Shown piece by piece: positions 8,570-16,237 of a DNA stretch of 18,139 nt (positions are counted from its first letter, which is position 1; every line of letters starts with the position of its first letter). The DNA is from Archaeoglobaceae archaeon (GTDB taxonomy: Archaea; Halobacteriota; Archaeoglobi; Archaeoglobales; Archaeoglobaceae). The stretch is taken from the NCBI GenBank assembly GCA_038893835.1, contig JAWAQR010000023.1, forward strand, positions 1-18,139, given 5' to 3'. The translations under genes were made by a program, and so were the position numbers. The notes under the pieces are model-generated. The model made no database searches, was not told where the DNA came from, and saw only the letters and a program-made list of their open reading frames with translations.

Positions 8570-9587
8570 ACCTGAGAATTGCACAAATACCACCAAGCTT
8601 CGAAACTATCTCCCCGGGCTCGAATTCAGAGCTTAAAATTACAACTTTTCCTCCCATAGTCCTAACGCTTTCCATGAAATTATCCACATCCCATTTTTCT
8701 CTTTCTCGCAACAAATAATCGTCTGAAATCAAAAGAGTTTCTATTGCTCCGTAATTCCCAGCTATTTTCACATCTTCAGTCCCATAAACAACTTTTTCTC
8801 CCTTTGCGAGTTTTTCAAGCAACTTATCAACAATCTCTGCTTCTTCAGCAAGTCTTAACTCTCCAACAAGCCTATCAATAGCTCTTCTTTTAACAACTTC
8901 GACAAAACCTCTCCTCCCTATTGATGCTGTGTCAACTATGATCGCTTTTTCTGCAATTTCAGGAATTTTTTTTACAAGAAATTCGTAAAAATCCTTTTTA
9001 GCAAATCCCGGTCCAGCTATTATCAAAAATCGGAATTCCAAGTTTTTCAATTTTTCTAAAATATCTGAAAAGAATTCCTCCCTCACTCCACCATGATCCT
9101 TCGAATAACTCTTTCTTTCTTCAAAAACCTCCTCAACTCCCCACTCTCTAAGAATTCCTGCAACGGCTTCCCCTTCTTCAATTGTTAAAATGACAACTTC
9201 TGGCCTCTTCGAAGACTCGACGACTTTTTTCAACCTTTCAAGCTGCTCTTTCTTCCACTTCTTTATTATGCTGAGCTCTTTACCAGTTGTTATGTTCAAA
9301 GTGTGAAATCCTGAAGCTTCAATTCCGGAAAAGATTTTTCCAGCAATCCTGAGCCTGTTTGCAAATTTATGAAATTCAACCTTCTCAACTTCCACTCCGA
9401 TTCTAACGAAGACCATTTCCTTATCGCTCCTCAGCTTATCTTCACTCTGTATGGCTCTTTTGGTTAAAGAGAAAACTTTATCTCCCTTCTCTATCAAAAA
9501 TCGAAGATGCCAAAGGTCCTCTATGGTCTCAGGAATCAATTTTATTTCACCCTCATCACCACGAAGGTTCTCCTCAACTATTTGCAC
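8556..9587 (-). CDS. pelA: mRNA surveillance / ribosome rescue protein Pelota (aDom34)
   Basis: KLIPETIEDLWHL, NRLRIAG, FHTLNI, AGPGF, VVYG...GAIETLLISD, LGGICAILRF; no GGQ, so not aRF1. Probable GTG start at 9587 (VQIVEE). Confidence 0.95.
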   Translation of the reverse strand: MQIVEENLRGDEGEIKLIPETIEDLWHLRFLIEKGDKVFSLTKRAIQSEDKLRSDKEMVFVRIGVEVEKVEFHKFANRLRIAGKIFSGIEASGFHTLNITTGKELSIIKKWKKEQLERLKKVVESSKRPEVVILTIEEGEAVAGILREWGVEEVFEERKSYSKDHGGVREEFFSDILEKLKNLEFRFLIIAGPGFAKKDFYEFLVKKIPEIAEKAIIVDTASIGRRGFVEVVKRRAIDRLVGELRLAEEAEIVDKLLEKLAKGEKVVYGTEDVKIAGNYGAIETLLISDDYLLREREKWDVDNFMESVRTMGGKVVILSSEFEPGEIVSKLGGICAILRFEIK

Positions 9588-9659
9588 AAAAAGAATATAC
9601 ATCCGATTTTTAAAGCTCTCGAATGCTGTAATTTAGATGGCTGTTTATGGGTTTCTACA

Positions 9660-9757
9660 CGAAATCTTTATATAGGTTATTTTTTTGTTTTTTGCTTGAT
9701 AAGTTGAAAATTATGCGCATCTAGCGAAAGTTTTAAAAGTTATAACATGCTCAACTT
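9660..9757 (+). promoter_or_regulatory. Tandem BRE/TATA promoters and inverted repeat upstream of the thiolase operon
   Basis: CGAAAtcTTTATATA (9660-9674) and CGAAAgTTTTAAAA (9725-9738). AAGTTGA (9701-9707) and TCAACTT (9751-9757) form an inverted repeat around the second box. SD GGAGGTGA at 9822-9829. Confidence 0.55.
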
Positions 9758-9833
9758 TAGGGGAAGATCGTGATCCTGATCGAATCGAGCAGATTTGGTT
9801 TGAGGAAATTTTTACAGACTTGGAGGTGAATTT

Positions 9834-11033
9834 ATGAGAGAAGTATATCTTGTCGGGTTTTTGAGGACCCCATTCTCTAGAAGTCGTCCAAAAGAACCGC
9901 AAAGAGATGTTTTTCACATGATTCGTGGTGACGAATTGATGGCCATGGTTCTAGACAAGCTTCCTGAAAAGGTTGGGATCAAGAAAGAAAACGTGGACAG
10001 AATACTAGTTGGATGTGCTTTTCCAGTATGGGAAAACTGGGCATATGGGGGGAAATCTCCTGCGTTGCTTGCAAAATATCCTGTGAGTGTTTCTACAACT
10101 TTGATGGACATGCAGTGCGCTTCATCAATAATCACGGCGATGTATGCATACCTCGAAATAGCAAGTGGAATTGCAGATGTTGTAATTGCAGGAGGTTATG
10201 AACACATGACCAGAGTCCCGATGGGGGCAGATAATCCATATGTTGCGAGAAATGAGAAACTCCTTAGCGAAGAATATAAGGAATACGACATGGCAATCGG
10301 CTTTGTAATGGGTTTAACTGCTGAAAAGTTGTTCGAAGAGGCAAGAGAAAAATTTGGATTGACAAAGAGAGATCTAGATGAATGGGGAGTAAGGAGTCAC
10401 AAACTCGCAGCAAAAGCACTGAGCGAGGGGTATTTTAAAGGAGAGATTCTACCAATTGAAGCCCCACAGTCGGATGGTAGGAAGATATTGGTTGAGTATG
10501 ATCAATCTATAAGACCAGATACTAGCTTAGAGGTTGTGGAAAAGCTTCCGCCAGCCTTTAAGCCTGGAGGTGTTATAACTGCTGGCAACTCTTCTCCATT
10601 GAACGCTGGAGCATCTGCAATAATGCTGATGAGCAAGGAAAAAATGAAAGAACTTGGAGTTGAGCCGATTGCTAAATTCAAATCCTTTGGTTATGCTGGA
10701 GTGCCTCCAAACGTGATGGGCAAAGGTCCTGTGCCTGCCAGCAGGATGGCTTTGGAAAAAGCAGGACTTAAAGTTAAAGATATAAGTTATTGGGAAATAA
10801 ACGAGGCTTTTGCAGTGGTTCCACTTTATGCAATAAGGGAGTTAAATATAGAGGTTGAGAGAGTGAACATCAAAGGAGGGGCGATCGCAATTGGTCATCC
10901 TCTGGCTGCGAGTGGAGCAAGGCTAATAGGGACACTCGCAAGAATTTTAAATGAGAAAGGAGAAGACTATGGGCTAGCAACAGCCTGTGTTGGAGGAGGA
11001 CAGGGGGCTGCATGCATAATTGAGAGGGTGTGA
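9834..11033 (+). CDS. Thiolase (acetyl-CoA C-acyltransferase / 3-ketoacyl-CoA thiolase)
   Basis: Catalytic MQCASS, GGYEHMTRVPM, TAGNSSPLNAGA, EINEAFA, GAIAIGHP and CVGGGQG. Confidence 0.96.
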   Translation: MREVYLVGFLRTPFSRSRPKEPQRDVFHMIRGDELMAMVLDKLPEKVGIKKENVDRILVGCAFPVWENWAYGGKSPALLAKYPVSVSTTLMDMQCASSIITAMYAYLEIASGIADVVIAGGYEHMTRVPMGADNPYVARNEKLLSEEYKEYDMAIGFVMGLTAEKLFEEAREKFGLTKRDLDEWGVRSHKLAAKALSEGYFKGEILPIEAPQSDGRKILVEYDQSIRPDTSLEVVEKLPPAFKPGGVITAGNSSPLNAGASAIMLMSKEKMKELGVEPIAKFKSFGYAGVPPNVMGKGPVPASRMALEKAGLKVKDISYWEINEAFAVVPLYAIRELNIEVERVNIKGGAIAIGHPLAASGARLIGTLARILNEKGEDYGLATACVGGGQGAACIIERV

Positions 11034-11037
11034 TTTG

Positions 11038-12465
11038 ATGAGGACCTCTGAAGATTATAGACAGGATTTGTTTAAGATGAGACCAAACATCTATGTTGCT
11101 GGCAGAAAAGTGAAGAGAGATGATCCAATGCTTAGAGGAGGGATAAACGTAATTTCAAAAACCTTTGATTTAGTTGAAGATCCGGAATTCAGGGATTTAC
11201 TGGTTACAACTTCGCATTTGACTGGAAAGAAAATAAACAGGTTCACACACATAAATCAATCAGCAGAAGATCTCATGACAAAGCAGTTGATGACGAGAAA
11301 ACTCTGCAGAATTACTGGTGGCTGTATCCAACGCTGCATGGGTTGCGATGCGATAAATGCACTTTCAGTTGCAACTTTCGCCACAGATATGGAGCATGGA
11401 ACAGATTATTTCAAAAGATTTGTCGAATACCTCAAAGAATTTCAGGACCGAGATTTGGTTGCTGCTTGTGCGCAGACTGATGTAAAGGGAGATCGAAGCA
11501 AAAGACCGCATGAACAGGATGATCCGGACATGTATGTTCGTGTTGTGGAAAAAAGAAGCGATGGAATCGTTGTAAGGGGGGCAAAGAACTGTATCACTAT
11601 GGCAAGTGTAGCGGATGAGATAATAGTCATTCCCACAAGGGCTATGACTGAAAAAGACAAGGATTACAGCGTTGCATTTGCAATTCCAGCTGATGCTGAG
11701 GGTGTGAAAATCGTGGCTAGAACCAGTCAGCTAAGGGCTCCAAAAGGTTTAGAAATGCCCCAAGGAGAGATAGGGGATGATGAAAATCTGATAATATTCG
11801 ATGACGTTTTTGTTCCATGGGATCGCGTTTTTATCTGTGGAGAGAACAAATATGCAACGCTACTTGCCCATCTTTTCGCCCTTTTCCACAGACACAGCTA
11901 TACTGGCTGTAAGCCTGCGAGCACGGATATAATAATGGGTTTCGGTGCGCTGATAGCTGAGTACAACAATGTCTATGAGAGACATAATATAAGGGAAAAG
12001 CTCGTTGAACTTGCAAGTATAGCTGAGCTTGTATTCGCAGCTGGTATCGCTTCGGCTGTGAAGGGGATAAAGACTCCTGCAGGGACTTTTATTCCAAATG
12101 AAATCTATGCAAACGTTGGTAGAAGACATGCAGGTTTGAATTATTATCATGAGCTTCAGATACTTGCAGAACTCGCAGGAGGCTTGCCGGCTTGTTTGCC
12201 GTTTGCCGAAGATTATCTTAATCCAGAACTCAGACCTCTGATAGATAAATACATAAAAAGGAGAAGTGATGTAAAGCCGGAAAACGTGTATCGCTGTCTT
12301 TTTGGAATCTCAAACATACTTTGCAGCTCTCTTGGTGGCGTATCAGCAGTGGCAGGAGTTCATGGTGGTGGTTCGCCAGTTATGGAAGACATAGCGATCT
12401 GGCGTTCTTACGATTTTGAGGAAAAGAAGAAGATTGCTAAATACCTTGTTGGGATAAAGGATTGA
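11038..12465 (+). CDS. 4-hydroxybutyryl-CoA dehydratase-like [4Fe-4S]/FAD enzyme (AbfD/HpaB superfamily)
   Basis: CIQRC (11323-11337), HRHSYTGCK (11887-11913), QTDVKGDRSKRP, GIVVRGAK, FDDVFVPWDRVF and HGGGSP. Start ATG 11038 (MRTSEDY). Confidence 0.9.
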   Translation: MRTSEDYRQDLFKMRPNIYVAGRKVKRDDPMLRGGINVISKTFDLVEDPEFRDLLVTTSHLTGKKINRFTHINQSAEDLMTKQLMTRKLCRITGGCIQRCMGCDAINALSVATFATDMEHGTDYFKRFVEYLKEFQDRDLVAACAQTDVKGDRSKRPHEQDDPDMYVRVVEKRSDGIVVRGAKNCITMASVADEIIVIPTRAMTEKDKDYSVAFAIPADAEGVKIVARTSQLRAPKGLEMPQGEIGDDENLIIFDDVFVPWDRVFICGENKYATLLAHLFALFHRHSYTGCKPASTDIIMGFGALIAEYNNVYERHNIREKLVELASIAELVFAAGIASAVKGIKTPAGTFIPNEIYANVGRRHAGLNYYHELQILAELAGGLPACLPFAEDYLNPELRPLIDKYIKRRSDVKPENVYRCLFGISNILCSSLGGVSAVAGVHGGGSPVMEDIAIWRSYDFEEKKKIAKYLVGIKD

Positions 12466-12467
12466 AA

Positions 12468-12899
12468 ATGTTCTTCGAAGATTTTTCAATCGGAATGAAA
12501 TTTGAAACCGCTGGGAGGACAGTGACTGAAGCTGACATCGTGAACTTCGCCGGAATTAGTGGAGACTGGAATAGGATACATGTGGACGAAGAATACGCAA
12601 AAGGAACAAGGTTTGGAAAAAGGATAGCACACGGTTTGCTAACTTTAACCATCACCAGTGGGCTTATAACGAGACTAAGATTGACAGAGGATAGCTTAAT
12701 AGCCTTTTATGGAATAGATAGACTTCGCTTCACAAAACCAGTTTTCATCGGTGACACGATAAGGGCATTGGTGGAAGTTGAGGGAAAGGAGGATAAGGGT
12801 GAATACGGAGTGATCGCATTCAAGGTGACCGCTTTAAATCAGAGAAATGAAGTAGTGCTTGTAGCAACTTTTAAAACCGCTGTCAGGAAGAGAGAATGA
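12468..12899 (+). CDS. MaoC-family hot-dog (R)-specific enoyl-CoA hydratase/dehydratase
   Basis: FFEDF.IG..FET.GRTVTEADIV.FA.ISGDWNRIH...FGKRIAHG hydratase-2 motif with the D/H dyad. Alternative TTG start at 12462. Confidence 0.92.
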   Translation: MFFEDFSIGMKFETAGRTVTEADIVNFAGISGDWNRIHVDEEYAKGTRFGKRIAHGLLTLTITSGLITRLRLTEDSLIAFYGIDRLRFTKPVFIGDTIRALVEVEGKEDKGEYGVIAFKVTALNQRNEVVLVATFKTAVRKRE

Positions 12900-13861
12900 T
12901 CGAAAAGATCTTTGAAGGACTTTACAGAATAGATATTCCATTGCCGAAGAATCCGCTAAAATCGCTAAATTCATACGTGATCTTGGGTAAAAGGCCGCTC
13001 ATCATCGACACAGGTTTTAATATGAAACCCTGTTACGATGCACTGATCAATGGATTAAAACAGCTCGGAATAGAGCCGAGAAAGGTGGATGTTTTGGTCA
13101 CCCACTTACATGCTGATCATCTCGGACTAGCTGGGAAGATTGCTGGTAAATTGTTGATTAGTAAAAAGGATGCCGAAATAGCAATAAAGAGCATTTTGGA
13201 ACCAGATTACTGGAAAAAGGTTGCAGAAATTTACATAAGAAATGGTTTCCCTGAAAATGAAGCAAAAAAAGCAATAAAAATTCATCCTGCTGTAAAATAT
13301 AGCTCAGAATTTGCTGGAGAAATTGTTTTTTTAAAAGAAAGAGAAATTGTGGAGTATGGAGACTTCAACCTCGAGGTGATCCTAACTCCAGGCCACACAC
13401 CTGGGCATATATGTCTTTATGATGAAGCAAAAAGGCTCCTTTTCTCTGGAGATCACATATTGTTCGACATAACACCGAACATTACATTCTGGGAGACAAT
13501 GGAAGATTCGCTTGGTGAATATCTCAGAAGTCTTGACAAAATCTACGAGCTCGAGGTTGAAAAAACACTCCCAGGCCATAGGAGCTTTCACGGTTCGCAT
13601 AGGAAAAGGATTGAGGAGTTGAAAGAGCATCATAGAAAAAGACTTGAAGAGGTTTTGAGAGCTGTGGAAAATGGAAGAAGAGTTGCATGGGAAGTAGCGC
13701 AAGAAGTGAGCTGGGATTTGGTTTACGATAGATGGGAAGATTTGCCAACAATTCAAAAGTGGTTTGCAGTTGGAGAGACAATAGCTCATTTGGAACATCT
13801 GGTTTTGCAGAATAGATTGAGAAAGGAGGTTTCAGAAACCGTGAATTACCTGCCTAAATAA
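12896..13861 (+). CDS. MBL-fold metallo-hydrolase with C-terminal helical (winged-helix-like) domain
   Basis: IIDTG, THLHADH (HxHxDH), TPGHTPGH, FSGDH, LPGH, C-terminal ETIAHLEHL. ATGA overlap with the MaoC gene. Confidence 0.92.
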   Translation: MIEKIFEGLYRIDIPLPKNPLKSLNSYVILGKRPLIIDTGFNMKPCYDALINGLKQLGIEPRKVDVLVTHLHADHLGLAGKIAGKLLISKKDAEIAIKSILEPDYWKKVAEIYIRNGFPENEAKKAIKIHPAVKYSSEFAGEIVFLKEREIVEYGDFNLEVILTPGHTPGHICLYDEAKRLLFSGDHILFDITPNITFWETMEDSLGEYLRSLDKIYELEVEKTLPGHRSFHGSHRKRIEELKEHHRKRLEEVLRAVENGRRVAWEVAQEVSWDLVYDRWEDLPTIQKWFAVGETIAHLEHLVLQNRLRKEVSETVNYLPK

Positions 13862-14549
13862 TTCCTGCACTTTCGAGAAGGCTTTCATCAAGCAAATCTG
13901 TTGCAGAATCAAAGATAATTCTTCCTCTTTTCATTACTATCGTTCTTTCACAAATCCTTACAAGATCCATTTCATGCGTCGCAACTACAACTGTGCCTTC
14001 ATAGTTCCTTATAACTTCCTTGATCATTTTTCTTGTTCTTCCATCAACGTTTGCAGTTGGCTCGTCAAAAAAGACGAGTTCAGGTCTGTAAACGAGGACA
14101 CTGGCAATTGCAACTTTTTTCTTTTCACCACCGCTCAATCTAAACGGAGGTTTGTATAATATGTCATCCAGATTGAAAAATCTTGAAGTCTCTCTCACGA
14201 TCTTCTCCATCTCCTCCTCGCTCAGCTCCAATTGTCTTGGGACGTAAAGGAGTTCATCCCTCACTGTTGGGTTGAAAAGGAAGTCGTCCGGATTCTGAAA
14301 AACAACTCCAACTCTTCTTCTTATCTCCTCCACATCTCCTAGTTTAAAGCCGAGAATCAGAATTTCCCCTTCGCTTGGCTTCAAAAGACCGGAAAGGAGA
14401 AAGATGAGTGTAGTTTTTCCGCTACCATTTTCACCAATAACTGCAATCCTCTCACCCTTCTTTATCCTAACGTTAACCTTTTCCACCCCTAAACTGCCAT
14501 CTGGGTATCGATAGCTTATATCTCTGGCAATTACAGCATAATCCACCAC
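13854..14549 (-). CDS. cbiO: ECF transporter ATPase (CbiO/NikO)
   Basis: Walker A GENGSGKT, VFQNPDD, signature LSGGEKKK, Walker B FFDEPT, ATH. Confidence 0.92.
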   Translation of the reverse strand: MVDYAVIARDISYRYPDGSLGVEKVNVRIKKGERIAVIGENGSGKTTLIFLLSGLLKPSEGEILILGFKLGDVEEIRRRVGVVFQNPDDFLFNPTVRDELLYVPRQLELSEEEMEKIVRETSRFFNLDDILYKPPFRLSGGEKKKVAIASVLVYRPELVFFDEPTANVDGRTRKMIKEVIRNYEGTVVVATHEMDLVRICERTIVMKRGRIIFDSATDLLDESLLESAGII

Positions 14550-15262
14550 AGAGTTATGACTGCAACAATTGAGATATAAGAGATTTCCAGTTTCCCAAAT
14601 TTTGTCCTAGCAGAGAATATCTTTTCACCTCTAGAAATCATTGCCAACTGCAATCTTTCAGCCCTTTCCATGTTTCTAAGGAGGAATAAACCCAACACCT
14701 CCCCTCCTTTTTTCCAAACCTCTCTATGGCTCCCTTTAACAACTCTCCTGCTTTCCCTTGCAAGCATTATGTTTATTATTTCCTGAAAAACAACTAAGAT
14801 GTAGCGATAAGCTAACCAAAGAGCGTTTAAAAAAGTATCTGGAACTCTAAAAGCTTTTAGAGCTACACACAATTCGTAAAAGGTTGTACTCATTAGGAGC
14901 ATTTGAACTGCAAAAAGCGAGATCAGGACGCGGAGGGAAAATAGAATCGGATAGAGGGGATTTGAAAAGAATAAGGGGGAGACTACAAGGAAGGAAAAGA
15001 GAAAAAATAACCAAGTTCTCTTAAAAAGCTTCAAAATACTCAATCCAAAGATTGAAGAGATTATAAGAAGGGAAAAAAGAAGAAAAAGGAGTTTTTTGTG
15101 ATCAAAAGTAGAAACAGCTAAAATTATAAAAATCAGAGTTGCAACAAATTTGAACCTAGCATCCAATTCATGTAGAACCCCTCTTCTCTGATACTCGTGG
15201 ATGAAAAAATTCTGGAAATAAGAAGAGGCATTTCTAAGGGTTCTTTCGATGAGAATATGCAT
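14531..15262 (-). CDS. cbiQ: ECF transporter T component (CbiQ/NikQ)
   Basis: LHELDARFK, LAYRYI and the two XRX coupling motifs (ARESR, AMISRG). Lies between the M and O genes. Confidence 0.9.
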   Translation of the reverse strand: MHILIERTLRNASSYFQNFFIHEYQRRGVLHELDARFKFVATLIFIILAVSTFDHKKLLFLLFSLLIISSIFGLSILKLFKRTWLFFLFSFLVVSPLFFSNPLYPILFSLRVLISLFAVQMLLMSTTFYELCVALKAFRVPDTFLNALWLAYRYILVVFQEIINIMLARESRRVVKGSHREVWKKGGEVLGLFLLRNMERAERLQLAMISRGEKIFSARTKFGKLEISYISIVAVITLWWIML

Positions 15263-16127
15263 ACTTCACCACGATGCTGAGTAAAAGAACTATAAGAGTT
15301 CCAATTGCGCAGCTCATCAACGTTCCAAGATATGGATCAAAACCGACAATTGTATAATCTGGAAACACTGCCTCATAAAATCTATGCTCTTCCAATCCGA
15401 GAATTTCAGCAGCTTTTTCCATTGGTTCAAAATATCCAACTTCCTCGGCGAGATATGCAAATACTGGTGATAGTACGATTAAAATTATGAGAACTGCTGC
15501 AGAAGTCTTTCCTATTTCCTTCTTTTCAATCAAATCGGCCCTTCTAGTTGCAATGTATCCTACAATGCTTGCTGTTATTATTCCCTCAAGAATCCCAAGC
15601 ACTGCATGCCAGAAGCCCATTATGGGTACTGTAACATTCAAGCCATAGGCAAAACTCGTTGAAATACCTATCTGAAATCCTGCAAAGATTGCGGCAACAG
15701 TTACTCCAATCCATCCTGCCAGAAAAGATGCCAAAGTTAAGCTAAACTTTTGAAAAGCCCTGTAAATGTAATAGCCAAGGAAAACGTTTACGATCGCCAT
15801 ATTCCACACATTTGCCCCCCAAGCTGTTATTCCACCATCGCCAAAAACGAGAGTTTGAATTGTAACCACAATCGCCATTGCTATAGCTCCGGCATATGGG
15901 CCAAGAAGAATGCCTGCAAGGCTTCCACCAACGTAATGAGCTGAGGTTCCACCAGGAATTGGCCAGTTGAGCATTTGAGCTGCAAATATGGCTGCAGAGA
16001 GTGTGCCAAATAAGGGTGTTAGCTTTTCCCTTTGCAGCTTTATCATCGAATAAGCAAGTATAAATAAACTTAGGAGAAAGAATATTACTGCAACGTTGAG
16101 ATCCAAATATCCATCTGGAATATGCAT
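15234..16127 (-). CDS. cbiM: Ni/Co ECF substrate component CbiM/NikM fused to a C-terminal NikN(PDGLE)-like domain
   Basis: Metal-binding N-terminus MHIPDGYL (ATG 16127), AAIFAAQMLNWPIPGGTSAH, FGDGGITAWGAN, H...GILEG. C-terminal TM-loop(EPME...FPDY)-TM extension. Confidence 0.92.
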   Translation of the reverse strand: MHIPDGYLDLNVAVIFFLLSLFILAYSMIKLQREKLTPLFGTLSAAIFAAQMLNWPIPGGTSAHYVGGSLAGILLGPYAGAIAMAIVVTIQTLVFGDGGITAWGANVWNMAIVNVFLGYYIYRAFQKFSLTLASFLAGWIGVTVAAIFAGFQIGISTSFAYGLNVTVPIMGFWHAVLGILEGIITASIVGYIATRRADLIEKKEIGKTSAAVLIILIVLSPVFAYLAEEVGYFEPMEKAAEILGLEEHRFYEAVFPDYTIVGFDPYLGTLMSCAIGTLIVLLLSIVVKYAYSHRKNP

Positions 16128-16237
16128 AACTGTTGTGAACAATTTAGTTGATAAATTTTTCTATTTTTGTTACTTAGTGTTAAGTTTTTTAAAAAAATTG
16201 TCAACAAAAATATTTATGTCAACAACTTTCTTGAGCT
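16128..16237. promoter_or_regulatory. Divergent cbiM/metG promoter region
   Basis: AT-rich 110 bp. Minus-strand aaaaaTTTAT (about 16160-16151) and plus-strand aaaaataTTTAT (about 16206-16217) each lie about 20-25 nt upstream of an ATG, with no SD. Confidence 0.55.

Noticed and set aside
9451-9917. Small ORFs around the pelota-thiolase spacer, and micro-uORFs (MRI* at 9713, MLNFRGRS* at 9748)
   Set aside because: They overlap real genes or promoter elements, lack an SD, and have no coding-like composition.
11038-12465. Reading as 4-hydroxyphenylacetate 3-monooxygenase, or as proof of a 4-hydroxybutyrate CO2-fixation cycle
   Set aside because: The Fe-S ligands are retained and no flavin reductase is adjacent. 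No cycle-specific carboxylase, succinyl-CoA reductase or 4HB-CoA ligase is in the window.
12896-13861. Beta-lactamase (antibiotic resistance)
   Set aside because: No signal peptide. The GD bridging Asp and the C-terminal extra domain are typical of non-lactamase MBL-fold hydrolases.
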